A DNA stretch of 63,853 nt, the filler included, from Hausera hauseri (Eukaryota): NCBI GenBank assembly GCA_046269625.1. It is 12 parts of 12 records of this genome, joined end to end, with 100 filler letters (N's around TTAATTAATTAA, not from the genome) between each part and the next. Parts side by side here need not be neighbours in the genome. Positions count along the whole stretch, not along the records: positions 36,964 to 41,689 come from JBJURY010459800.1; positions 41,790 to 48,021 come from JBJURY010122094.1; positions 48,122 to 53,595 come from JBJURY010246738.1; 9 more parts are not named here. One strand, given 5' to 3'. The notes under the pieces were generated by a model. It saw only the letters and a program-made list of their open reading frames with translations, was not told the DNA's origin and did not search any database. Shown one piece after another: positions 38,078 to 51,235 of the stretch (within the stretch, counting starts at the first letter, position 1; each line of letters begins with the position of its first letter). The position numbers and the translations under genes were made by a program.

Positions 38078-38469
38078 GGGGGGCCTGTGGTCTAGAGGTA
38101 CGACGCCCGCCTCGAGTGCTAGTTTTACAGGGTTTGAATCCCAATGGAAGCACTTTGGATTTTTTCTCCTGGATCGTCTATTAAAAAATTCCCCTGATCG
38201 CTGGATAGTGAGATCGGGTGTCCGTGTACACTGTCGTGCATGTTAAAACCCCACAGCGTCCTCGCCGGTGCAGCTGAGTAAGCGCACTGAGCTGAGATCC
38301 TCCACAATGGAGGAGAACGGAGCACTTATGAATACATATCCGTGTGCGACGATGTTGACTCTTCGACTTAAAATAAACTAAATCCTGGTACGTACCCATT
38401 ACAGGTGAACCTAAGGGTTCGGCGGTCGGAAAACCTTTCGCCTACTTGGGATCCAATAATAGTAATAAT
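38078..38469 (+). mobile_element. tRNA-derived SINE
   Basis: A box TGGTCTAGAGG (38088-38098), B box GGTTTGAATCC (38131-38141), core-like GTGCATGTTAAAACCCC, (TAA)n-like tail at 38455-38469. Confidence 0.7.
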
Positions 38470-39244
38470 GAGGTAGCAAGTGGATTCAGTCTTCCTTCAT
38501 CATCATCGCATCATCATCGCTGCTAAAAATAGCTATGCTGTTTACAGGCAACAACATAAGCTACAATGAAATCTCGATAAGTAGTTTCCGCGAGACAGAT
38601 GAAAACAACGATTTACATGGACAAAGGATGCCCGTTAAAGTATGTATTACTCCCGGACGACAGATATGGAAAGATGTAAGCGGAAAAATTAGTTATTCGT
38701 GAACCGTATGTCGTTATCTGTTTTTTTCACTTTTAAGTAAATCATAACAATCATTCTATACCATTTTAACTCATCTTTCCTGTGTACTCCTGAACGATAA
38801 TCCAAAGCGTATATTATTACCTAAATTAATTACGTCGCTGTGCAAATCTGCTATACTTAGTGACAGTTCTTTCAAGCTGAATTGTTTCCCATAATTTTCC
38901 AGAACAAACAAAAATCTCTTGGTGTATGAATCTTGGCATATTTTATTTCCTTCAATTCTGTTGATGCCACGTGATAAGAATTCTTGCCAGCTGGACTAGT
39001 TATTATGATAAAATATCTTTCACATTTGGCAAATGTCAACTGTAGGGTTGGAAACGCGGGTAATACCTGGCTGTCATCGCGGTTTTCACAAAAATGACCA
39101 GTCCCTTTATCGTATGATCGAGCAACATGCCCCATCAAAAACACATTATAAACTCGTAGATCTCGTGTATGTATGTTCGCATCCCTGGGTCGTGTGGAAA
39201 TCTAGAAAGAACATGATGATACGTTCTTTCCTCTGCAACAGAAT

Positions 39245-41689
39245 GAATGTTTACTGGTCTAAATGTTGGACAGACTGACAGTCCACTGGACTACATGTTG
39301 GACAGACTGACATTCCACTGGTCTACATGTTGGACTGACTGACATTCCACTGGTCTAAATGTTGGACAGACAGACAGTCCACTGGTCTACATGTTGGACA
39401 GACTGACAGTCCACTGGTATACAAGTTGGACAGCCTGACAGTTCACTGGTCTACATGTTAGACAGACCAAAAGTCCACTGGTCTGTCTACCTGTTGGTCA
39501 GACTGACAATCCACTGGTCTAAATGTTGGAAAGACAGACAGTCAACTGGTCTAAATGTTGGACAGACAGACAGTCCACTGGTCTACATGTTGGATAGACT
39601 GACATTCCACATGTTTACATTTTGAACAGACTGACAGTCCACTGGTCTACATGTTTGATAGACTGACAGTCCACTGGTTTACATTTTGAACAGACTGACA
39701 GTCCACTGGTCTTAATGTTAGACAGACAATCAGTCCATTGGTCTACATTTTGGACAGACTGAAAGTTCACTGGCCTACATGTTGGACAGACTGAACGTTT
39801 ACTGGTCTACATGTGACTACTGACTACTGACTGACAGTCCACTGGTATACATGTTGGACAGACTGACAATCCACTGGTCTATCTGTTGGTCAGGCTGACA
39901 GTCTACTGGTCTAAATGTTGGACAGACTGACAGTCTACCTACTGGTCTACTTGTTGGACAGACTGACTGTCCACTGGTCTACATGTTGGACAGAGTGAAA
40001 GTACACTGTTCAACATGTTGGACAGGCTGACGTCCACTGGTCTACATGTTGGACAGATTGACATTCCACTGGTCTACTTGTTGGACAGACAGAAAATTTA
40101 CTGGTCTACATGTTGGACAGACTGACAGTCCACTGGACTGCATGTTGGACAGACTGACAGTCCACTGGTCTACATGTTTGACAGACATAAATTTTACTGG
40201 TCTACATGTTGGACAGACTGACAGTCCAATGGACTGCATGTTGGACAGACTGACAGTCCACTGGTCTACATGTTGGACAGTCTGACATTCTACTGGTCTA
40301 CTTGTTGAACAGACTGAACGTTTACTGGTCTACATGTTGGACAGACTGACAGTCCACTGGTCTACATGTTGGACAGACTGACATTCCACTGGTTTACTTT
40401 TTGGACAGACTAAAAGTTCACTGGCCTACTTGTTGGACAAACTGATAGTTCACTGGTCTACATATTGGACAAACTGACAGTTCACTGGTCTACATGTTGG
40501 ACAGACTGACAGTTCACTGGTCTAAATGTTGGACAGTTGACAGTTCACTGGTCTAAATGTTGGACAGACAGACAGTCCACTGGTTAACATGTTGGACAGA
40601 CTGACAGTCCACTGGTATACAAGTTGGACAGCCTGACAGTCCACTGTTCTACATGTTGGACAGACTGAAATTCCACTGGTCTGTCTACCTGTTGGTCAGA
40701 CTGACAGTCCACGGGTTAACATGTTGGACAGACTGACAGTCCACTGGTATACAAGTTGGACAGCCTGACAGTCCACTGGTCTACATGTTGGACAGACTGA
40801 CATTCCACTGGTTTTCTTTTTGGACAGACTAAAAGTTCACTGGCCTACATGTTGGACAAACTGACAGTCCACTGGTATACATGTTGGACAGCCTGACAGT
40901 CCACTGGTCTACATGTTGGATAGACTGACAGACCACTGGTTTACATTTTGAACAGACTGACAGTCCACTGGTCTTAATGTTGGACAGACAACCAGTCCAT
41001 TGGTCTACATTTTGGACAGACTGAAAGTTCACTGGCTTACATGTTGGACAGACTGAACGTTCACTGGTCTACATGTTGGACAAACTGACAGTTCACTGGT
41101 CTACATATTGGACAGACTGACAGATCACTGGTCTAAATGTTGGAAAGACTGACAGTCCACTGGTATACAAGTTGGACAGCCTGACAGTCCACTGGTCTAC
41201 ATGTTGGACAGCCTGACAGTCCACTGGTCTACTTGTTGGACAGACTGAAAGTCCACTTGTCTGTCTTCCTGTTGGTCAGAGTAGACAGTTCAGTTCAGCG
41301 TACACTGGTCTACAAGTGACTACTGACTACTGACTGACAGTCAACTGGTATACATGTTGGACAGACGGACAATCCACTGGTCTATATGTTGGTCAGGCTG
41401 ACAGTCTACTGGTCAAAATGTTGGAAAGACTGACAGTCTACCTACTGGTCTATTTGTTGGACAGACTGACTGTCCACTGGTCTACATGTTGGACAGACCG
41501 AAAGTCCACTGTTCAACATGTTGGACAGGCTGATGTCCACTGGTCTACATGTTGGACAGATTGACATTCCACTGGTCTACTTGTTGGACAGAATTAATGT
41601 TTACTGGTCTACATGTTGGACAGACTGACAGTCCACTGGACTACATGTTGGACAGACTGACATTCCACTGGTCTACATGTTGGACTGAC
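39245..41689 (+). repeat. 32-bp tandem satellite, about 76 units, running into the contig end
   Basis: Consensus CCACTGGTCTACATGTTGGACAGACTGACAGT, head to tail with no spacers. Confidence 0.97.
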
Positions 41690-42023
41690 NNNNNNNNNNN
41701 NNNNNNNNNNNNNNNNNNNNNNNNNNNNNNNNNTTAATTAATTAANNNNNNNNNNNNNNNNNNNNNNNNNNNNNNNNNNNNNNNNNNNNATATACTAAAT
41801 AAAAGACTTTAAAACGCATGCCTCAATTTCATTGGATACACACATGATATTAATTTGTATTCCACAGCCTGTCATTTAACATCGTAATTTCTTGAATCAG
41901 TACAAAAATAAATAAGTATGTGTTGTACAAAATTACTTTGCATAATATAAAATTAAGTATACAAACATGAGTTATAAATAAATAACAAAATGACATATGA
42001 ATATAAACTTATTAATACATAAT

Positions 42024-42345
42024 TTAGTCTGACTCTTCGTCCCTCAATTTTACCCATGCTGCCCACCATGCATTACTGTAGCTTTCGCCGTCAATTCTTT
42101 GCAATAAAGATATTTGACATGTAAATATCTTCCTGCTTTCGTAGTACATGTCAACTTTGTTCGATCGGCTTCTGCAAACTGGACAATTTTTCTTCACTTG
42201 CACCGACAAAGCAATTGCATTAATGTCGGTGAATGCACTTGTCCATACTGACGTTGGTTGTTGTGCAATTTTCCTAGCATATTGCACATTGTTGTTGTTG
42301 GGAAAGATTTTCCATATTAATGTTGTAAAAAGCGACAAAATAATG
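42024..42345 (-). pseudogene. RING-finger (E3 ligase-like) accessory gene, decayed
   Basis: Two frames combine to CAIC*E..KCIHRH*CNC..KKNCPVCR. Confidence 0.6.
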
Positions 42346-42558
42346 TCAGACACTGGCTTATATACTAAATCAATACATACATGCCTTAATTTCATTGGCT
42401 GAAATTTGACTGGCTGATATTTAATATAAATAAAGTATTGAAATCAAATTTTTTCGAAATACCATTCTACTTAAGAAAAATGGTACATTTGGATCTAGAT
42501 TTGCAACTTCAGTTACTGTATAAATAAAGTACATTCTCCGGAAAATTGTGAAGAAACA

Positions 42559-43915
42559 ATGTCAAAATATTACGGAGTTCCGTAGAATTGATCTCAGTTT
42601 TTCATATGCCCGACATGTGAAATATTATCAGGCCATAATTTCCCTGAATTTCGAAATTGACATGGACATTAACTAACAATGTTGAGGAAATCAAAAAGGG
42701 CAATACTCCACGAACATGCAGAAATGATTAATATGGCTAAGCAATTTGTTGCAGATCAACAAAAACCGATAAAATCTACCGAACAACAACAACGACAACC
42801 GGTTAAACGGTCAATGCAAAGAAATCCAGATCAGATTGCAAATAAGAAACAGAGACTTGATAAAAAATCTGAAATTAAAACGCTTGTGCAAAAAACGAGA
42901 CTCGATGTACAATCTGTTGTAGACAATAATTATGTTAATGTTTGTTTTGATGTGGCGCCCGACCAACTCATTTCTACTAAACCACCTGAAAGAATTCAGT
43001 CTATTTTTTATATGTACACTTCTCGATATTCATCTTGTAAAATTCAGTACGGTCTTGAAATTCCGTCTCACAATGCTGAGGGTGATACAAAGGAGACTTA
43101 TATCTCACATAGGGCTGTCCCTTATGAGTAGCGTTATCCAGATTTTGTAGCTGATATTTTACGGGAGAAAATTGAGAATTTTGCTGAAATGGGCAGTTGG
43201 TGGAAAGTGGTTAAAATATTAAAATATTGTTTTCATATAGTCAAAACTAGCCCACTATCCTACTTGTCTGGTACATCCTATATTCCAACACCTGACGCTT
43301 TAAAAAATGCAATGGCTGTTATTACGAGGACACTTTGTGTTTCTTGTACTCTATTCTGGCAGTGATCAAGTATTCTCTCTTTGATCATAATCATAGGAAT
43401 AGAGTTAGCAATTACATTCCTTATTTAAACGAGCTGAAATATTCATTTGATGATATGCCTATGAAAATGTGTAACATAGGTAAATTTGAGAGACAAATTC
43501 CGCAATTTTCAATTAATGTCTTTTTGTTTCATGAGGGGGATGATGTGAATTTTACTGAGGACGTAGTGAAAAATTGATTCGTCGATATTTTGTATAGAAG
43601 CAAAAATCCGAATGGAGCTGTAGTTAACTTGCTGATTCTTGAGAATAATGATCACTTTCACTATGCTGCTGTTCAAACCTCATGCGACAGTTAAATATGG
43701 ACAGTAATAAACTTAGAATTCAATGTAAACATTGGTGTGAAAAATGTTTACATGGCTTTAGACTTGACACTACTTATGCTAAGCATTTGCCCATGTGCAT
43801 GTTTTCTTCCAAATGCACAACTTTGTATAGAATGCCTGAAAACAAGTTTTGCGAATTTAAGGACTGGGCCAAATCTATATATCCTTCTTTCGTCATATAT
43901 GCTGACTTTTTCCTT
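42559..43915 (+). pseudogene. Polinton pPolB N-terminal region, decayed
   Basis: FICPTCE, GSWW, GTSYIPTP, CFLYSILA, INVF, NLLILE..HFHY, WCEKCLHGF, VIYADF; related to 23700-24200. Confidence 0.85.
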
Positions 43916-46900
43916 TGGGTACTGATACTGGCTTCAGAGCTACACGACGACTTTTACGATTTAACTTAGGTGTACTTGTTGACACATTGCAACGATCCTT
44001 CGGGTCGTTATCATGAGGTACAAGATAAAATGGTACATCATTGTAACCTATATCTAAACGATAATTGCATCCAATATTAATAACAGTAATACATGTAACA
44101 ATTTGAGTCTGAAATTAAATGATCAGAATTATTACTCAGGACATTTGCACATCACAAAGGGATTGCGTCTGTCCAAAAACCATGTATTCTGCCGTCGCAT
44201 TTCGGAACGCTATTAAAGCCAGCGTCGTACAGCATCGAACAGGGCACTCCTCATTGACTATAGTCCAATAGATCATCTAGAGGGCCAGATTTAACAATCC
44301 CAATAGACTGAAGCACCTACAGACAATTAGAAATAGCAATGAAAAGATGATTTATTTGAGCCATAGAATCAGACATATTATACTGGACTGCCAATTGATC
44401 ATATAAAGTTATTTCTCTATGAATAAGTAATCGGCAATCGTCAATAGATTGAGTACCGTGTTTCAAATAATTTCGATCATATTGAAATTATTGAAAAACG
44501 TCATACAATTCACACTCGGGGTTGTGATAATGAGAATCCTCTTGTATTGTTGAGTAGCGTTTCTGAGGGAAAAGTGTAATTTCAATAATTCTTCTAATGC
44601 TTTCTTCGCAGAATTCTCAAACAATGAGCTCATGATACTTAGAAATTAAAATTAGTGCGAAAAGATAAAATACATACTTAAATATCATGTTAGAACTAAT
44701 TACATTACATTTGAAACAATATATAGACAAATTACAACGTGGCTCACTAAAGTGGCTCACGAATGCAACTAATTGACAAGTAAGTAACAAGGCAATAACA
44801 CAAAATTTTTTTCATCTATATCAAAATTATGGTCAACAAAGGGAGTTATAATTAAACCAGTTAAATCGTGTGGCCATTCGTGTTGAGAATCACTGACCAC
44901 TACATCGTCAAATATGAGAACATCGCATTGTGGTTCCAATATTGGCGAATTATTATGAATCACTTTGGGGATTTTCTTATGATTTCGCGAACGCAGACTT
45001 GCCTAAATAAAATATAAAATAATAATAATTAAAAAGCAATTACCTATTCCACTAGCTCCGAATAATAGAGCAATATTTCTGTTCGTGGACATATCGAATG
45101 GTATTTTATCGATACGAAACATGTATTCCGGATTATTCTCAATTGGTTTCTGTAAATCGCCATGTAAATGCGATTTCAGATGTTGATTACGTATTATTTT
45201 ATATTATTATTTTATACAATAGGTGATACTAAATAGCTTCCTGAAGGTGTAAACCCTGATGGGAACTTTCATATGGCACAATAAGTGCTAGTGACGAAAG
45301 GTGGAGGGTGATATCTCCTCCTATGTTTGACCATACGTGCGGCGTTGTACAATCAAATCCATAATTTCATAAAACAAATCCATAAAATGACAATTATGAA
45401 GCAAAACACACGACATATCTATTACATATAAATAACCTTGAAATTAACTAATTAAAACAACTAACGAAGCTTTATAGACACAACTATTTACACACAGACA
45501 AATCAATAACTAATTTTTTAGAGATATCGAGGGAACATTTCTATTTCCCTGTCTCGAATAAATAAACATAAAAATGAAACAAAATAATTAAAATTAATTG
45601 ATTACTTGCAAATGTGGAATTACCCCAATTACAAATTAAAAAATATTTCCAAAACCCAGAAAATCCATTTATGATTTTAACGCCTCATTGAATAGTATCC
45701 AAGATGACTTAACCTATTAAGGATTGGAATTTTGATAATTAAAATGTCTCAATTCACAAAAAGTAGGAAACGCATAAAAAATCCCTCAGCTACAATGATA
45801 GACCAAATTCAAATAATTGTCAGGTCAACTCGAAAACCAATTAGTGACATCAGGAATTCGGGTAATTGATTTTTAAAATTCTATTACCGCATTGATTGTT
45901 GAAGATTTGGAAAACTAATTAGCGAATTCACAATTTCGATAATTAAAGTTCCAGATGATTTTCAAATTCAGTGACTAGTATAAGTCGTTGTTAAGTCATA
46001 ACATTAATACACTCTCTTTACACTAACTCACGTTAAACCATAAATTCTAAACCATAATTATTACGACTGGATTTCAAAGACGTTGAACAAGATTCCAAGT
46101 AGATGCTGCAACGATTGCAACGATTTTATGACAATTATTATTATTCAATAGCAACTGTTATCATAATAACGAAATTCGAAAGCAATATGTCCAATAAATT
46201 CTATCGTGAACGTATAAATTTTCTACAGAAGTTACTAACAGAATATTATCTTCGTCAAGTTTGACCAAAGTGACTACGTTCGAAATAGAACAAACTCATC
46301 GAGATATGCGAAATATCGTTGATCAAGAATGCATCCCAATATTGACGGATGAGATGGGCAAATCGGAAAGATAAATAGCAGTGAAAACGGTGCAGGTATC
46401 AAATTAAATTAAGAATCAATTAATAAAATAGCCGCTTTTCTTTTGTACTGTTGAAATTGAGTAAATTTTTATCGGCTAAAATTGTCCTAACGAAATGGTT
46501 AATTATTGTTGATAACGAAAAAGATATAATTACCATGGCAACAAGAGTTCTCAAACTGTTTAATTGGGAAGGTGGTGTATAAGTGCATAGAAAATTTTAA
46601 AAAATTTGACACTCATTGCATAATACTGATATAACAAGCTTATAAAGTTCTTCAAACAGCCTACATTCAAATCGCCGATGATATAGTTACCACGGTAACA
46701 CTAGTCCTGAAAATATGTTCCAGCGGCGGATAATGTATTAGTATTTAACGAAACAACATTGTATTCATCAATCAAAAAAGGAAATAGTTTCAATCTCACC
46801 ACCAATATGTCAAATTTACCGAGAAAATTATGCACACAAACTGCACAAATAAAACAATCAAAACGGATCGGTATTCTAAAATTTCTTTCCCAAAATTTGG

Positions 46901-47049
46901 CATCGAAAAGCCCCGATTTATTACTATCGAATAAAATTAATTCTATGTCTCTGAACGCCGTACTGTTTGTCGATTCTGTCGACGATGGATTGATGACTTT
47001 GGCAGATTTTCATTCGATTAATGCTGAAATGGCCGACTGTAGTTTTTGC

Positions 47050-47577
47050 TCAAACCGTTTGTGTCTGAACGGTATGGCACATTTTCTTGCAATTGTTTGC
47101 TAGATTCTTTATTTCTTCTTCTTTCCGTAACCGGTATATTAACTTCTGTTCTTCTACCATATTTTGTAAATTTATATTCTGTATTTGCAGTTGACTATTT
47201 TCTATCTTCACTTTTGCCAAATCCTCCTTTAATTTCCGAACCTCTTCTGTGTCCACTGCAGCCTTCGCTTTGACCTGTACTTCAAATCGTTTATGCAGGT
47301 TTTTGCGAAACTGCCGGTCATTAACATTGTCTAACTGAATCGGCTCAATTAGTGTATCTTTCAATTTAAAATCCATCCTTTTCCTCCTATGTTCGTACTC
47401 CTGCCACTTTTCTTTCCACTTCCCTGTTATTTCCCTCTTTTCCATACTGCATTCTGCACCTAATAGTGCTTTGTTAAGCTCCATCAGGCGCTGTTTGGTC
47501 AAACGAGCTTCTCCTTTTTCTTCAATGTATGCTTGTTTAATAGCTTTCTTTTGTTTGGGTTCAACATTAACATCCAT
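47050..47577 (-). CDS. Uncharacterised coiled-coil protein, Polinton-associated
   Basis: Intact 175-aa ORF; homolog at 16510-17331; divergent from a pPolB leader. Confidence 0.6.
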   Translation of the reverse strand: MDVNVEPKQKKAIKQAYIEEKGEARLTKQRLMELNKALLGAECSMEKREITGKWKEKWQEYEHRRKRMDFKLKDTLIEPIQLDNVNDRQFRKNLHKRFEVQVKAKAAVDTEEVRKLKEDLAKVKIENSQLQIQNINLQNMVEEQKLIYRLRKEEEIKNLANNCKKMCHTVQTQTV

Positions 47578-47816
47578 GAAATCGTCATTGATAAGGACAG
47601 TGCTTTGTCTATGTCGACTGGCAATTGTTTGATTTCATTTCTTGGTTTATCTGAAATGAAGAAATAAATTTGTATTTAAAATATCACAATGCTTACCAAT
47701 TTTCATTGTTGTTTCCACCAGTTCTTGTGTTAGAAAAGCCATTGTCGCTTGATACTGTTGACAGACTGTCAAATGGGTCGTATGATGATTTGCTACCTTG
47801 ATTAACTTCCATTTGA

Positions 47817-48021
47817 TTGGCTGAAATTTACTATAAATAGTATTGAAATTACTTTTTTCCGAAATGCGATTCCATTTAAGAAAAATGGTACATTTTGTTT
47901 CTTGCTTGGTTTCTATTTTACTTATGATCCTAGATTTGCAACTTCAGTTACTGTACAAATAAAGTACATTCTCCGGAAAATTGTGAAGAAACAATGTCAA
48001 AATATTACGGAGTTCCGTAGA
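47817..48021 (+). repeat. Direct repeat of the pPolB leader/promoter at about 42395-42587
   Basis: Near-identical ..ctagatttgcaacttcagttactgta.aaataaagtacattctccggaaaattgtgaagaaacaATGtcaaaatattacggagttccgtaga. Confidence 0.92.
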
Positions 48022-48409
48022 NNNNNNNNNNNNNNNNNNNNNNNNNNNNNNNNNNNNNNNNNNNNTTAATTAATTAANNNNNNNNNNNNNNNNNNNNNNN
48101 NNNNNNNNNNNNNNNNNNNNNAATATTTCTGTGTTGGGAACCGCTTCTTCATCGGCTTGTGCAAACTGTACGCCAGTTGATAGATTACCAAATTCTTTTC
48201 TTCCATTTGGAATAGTTTCACCGCCTTTGCCAGGCTTGAATCTCTTGCGAAATCAGGTGGGTTTTATTTGGGTCGAACCATATCTTCTTCATCTGATTAT
48301 TGTTCCTTTCCATTACAACAGTCTGATTTTATATTAAAACTTAAATTCCGTAAAGATTATGGTACATTTCCCATAATTGCAAATTATACCTTAATTATTG
48401 TTTATGTTC

Positions 48410-48720
48410 TATACTCTGTTTAATTTTTGGTACTGCAGTCCCTGCAGCTGTTGTTCCTAATCCACCAGATACTCTTAAGCCAATAGCTTTTAGTGCTGCA
48501 ATTACTGCTGGAATTGCAAGAAAGCAAATCCTTCTCTAGTTTACTGTCCTGGTTTTGTTCCTAAATATTGCTCCACCTACTTTTGGCCTTTTTTTACCTT
48601 TTTTGGTATTTGCGCCAAATTTATTCGGGTTATATATAATTTTACTAATTGGTCTCAATGGGAGGCGTTCTAGAAGTATTCGTCTGTTACCGGCCAATGA
48701 TCGTTCATTCATAAAATTCA
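48410..48720 (-). pseudogene. Polinton small basic/Gly-Ala-rich core-like protein remnant
   Basis: KKGKKRPKVGG basic segment then FLAIPAVIAALKAIGLRVSGGLGTTAAG amphipathic segment, next to the ATPase. Confidence 0.4.
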
Positions 48721-49129
48721 CTAAAACATCTTTATATTTTTAAGTGGTCGTTTCTTATTACCTAAGTCTATGCGGCCTTCAATAATATTTTGCAGAATCT
48801 CATAGAAATAATGTCATACAAATTTCGGCATGGAATGTAAAAGTTCCCATCTAAATCTGTATGGTGATTTTAGAATAGCTTGGAAATATGATATATATTT
48901 TCTCAATCTTTTCGTTTAGCTACTGTTGAATTCCGTGATTTTCGTTTATAGTTTTAATCCAACGTCTTGGTTACCTAATTTGTCTTCTAGGATTTACACG
49001 TTTTCGGAGATATTTTTGTTCTCCTACTATGTATCTTTGGTCTAAGTTTAACTTTTTTAATTTCATATTACAAAAACATTCTTTCATTAATTTATGTTTA
49101 TACTATTAAGATGCTTATACAAATAAGCT

Positions 49130-49640
49130 GCTTATACCTTTCGCGTTGAATATCTGTTTTTACGCGTTCATCATCTGGATTTTGTTGAATAAAATCAATA
49201 AAAATATATCCATGAACACTTTTGTAGCATCGTGAAATGAATCGACTAAATATTTCTTATCATGTTGGTATGCCTGATGAGCAGCAAAATCTATTACAGT
49301 TTTATCACGAGGATTTTTAAATAAAACTAAATAATGTACATTCAGATTACGAGTTCTGTGATGTCCATCTTGATGAAATAGATTTTGTGTAATGAAAATT
49401 ACAGTCACTTCACGATGTCTTGCTATCTTGGTGAATAAATTTTGAATTCACTTTCCTTGTTGGCTTCTTGAAATAAATTACCAATTACTATAACATCTCC
49501 TTTTCTAAGGCGACTGGCCAATTTTCATCAAATACATTTATTACCTTTAGACCTTTAAATTTACAAAATTCACTCTTCGTCAATCCGTTTTCACCACCAC
49601 CACCTTGATGCCATTATATTTGATTAAATTTCCTTTTTAA
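49130..49640 (-). pseudogene. Polinton A32/FtsK-like packaging ATPase remnant
   Basis: FTKIARHR..TVIFITQNLFHQ..RT..LNVHYLVLFKNPRD. Confidence 0.92.
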
Positions 49641-49944
49641 ATTTATCAAAATTGTATATTTCCCATCAGAAGTATGAGTAGATCACAGTTTCATTTTAAT
49701 CGGGTTTATTCAATTAAATTTCTGCAATTTCTAGTTGTTAATGAAATACTGTTTGTAATATTAGTTTGTGGACGTCATCAGCAGCAAGGTATTACATTAA
49801 AATTTCGCTTAAAAATCATTGTATAATTAAATTATTGCACTTTTATTTTTCCTCCTATTTTATACATCTACCTACCCAGTGAAGTAGCTCCAGGAGCAAA
49901 TATATATTACAGATATGTTGAGATAACATTTAAAACAAAACTGC

Positions 49945-50012
49945 AAGGGGGTTGGTGAAGGACACAATTATTTTAAAGGGGGTCGGCGTGGGAAAAAGGT
50001 TGGGAACTCCTG
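49945..50012 (+). mobile_element. hAT (Buster/Charlie-like) 3' end
   Basis: AAAAAGGTTGGGAACTCCTG terminus followed by 8-mer atgTAtac, fitting nnnTAnnn; partner end not found. Confidence 0.55.
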
Positions 50013-51235
50013 ATGTATACCATCGGGACATTAAATAAATGGCATTTCAGTCTATGAAAATATTAATAGCATTGAAGATGTTGGCCGAGTTCGCATCCAC
50101 GCCGTCCACGTCATCACCCCACTTGGGTAGGGTTGGAAATTCCCGACCCTGGTCTGTCCGCTAAATCAAAATTTGATCGTTTGTAATTGCTCATTGAAAA
50201 GAAACAACAGTTGTTGAAAATTTTTATTATTAATCCAAAATATTTATTTGGAAACAAATTTTCCAAATTTAAATCTGACTTTTAATATTACTTTTAAATT
50301 AAATTTTTAATTTAAATTTAAAATTGTTCCTAATTTAAATTTAGAATTTCTGTTCTCCATTATATCCTCACAGAAGATATTCAGTAAAAAAATAATCGAA
50401 AAGCAAAACAAATAAAACTTTTAAATCGAGACAGTTAACCTGAATGCATAAAATATTCATCAAACTGCAAATCATTTTATACAAGGACTCGATATCGAAT
50501 TGTAAGTCATAAATTTCAATTGAAAGGTTTTATAAACAGAAGAAACTGATTAAACGGTGGGTTTTCATAACTGAAATTCTTTTCAACATAGGCGCTCTTC
50601 GCGTAAAACGCGTTAGAAAGCAAGCTAGTGTCTCGACAATTCTTTCAAAATTGAATTATTCAAAAATTGACCAAACATACCAAATTTCGAAATGAAACAA
50701 GTTGTGCTTATAACGATTCATCTTAAGGCAAAATATTCAAAAACCATACGAATCATTCGCACTTTACTAGAGAATGACAACAAAACAAGCAAACCCATGA
50801 TGAAATCTTTTTCAAAAATTCTGATAAAAGTGATTTGTTTGTATGATTTATGCACAATGTAACAAAAGTAATATTAACACAATACAATCCAGATTAAGAA
50901 TATGCGAGTTGTTCGCACCCCGTAACAAAAGTCAACAAATCAATATATCCTAGCAGAAATTATTTAGAACAAAAATTTTCTGTTAAATTATCCTATTCTT
51001 ACTTTCAGACAAATCGAAAAAGAAATTTCGTTTTATTTCTCTCTTCAATAAACATTAAAAAATTAGCGAAAAGTTCGCATCGTCCAAAACAGTCAAGAAA
51101 CTAAATAAAGATAACGAAATTTCGATGAAAGGTGAAATACCTAAAAACAAATAATAAACGAAAAAATGAGCGAATTATTCACATCATCCAAAAATAAAAA
51201 TATTATCCAATATTTATTTGTAAAAATCTCGCTAG

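Noticed and set aside
38078-38150. Functional tRNA gene
   Set aside because: A and B boxes are present but I cannot fold a cloverleaf, and it continues into a SINE-like body and tail.
39245-41689. CRISPR array
   Set aside because: Units are contiguous with no unique spacers, there are no cas genes, and the context is eukaryotic. ORFs in it are repeat artefacts.
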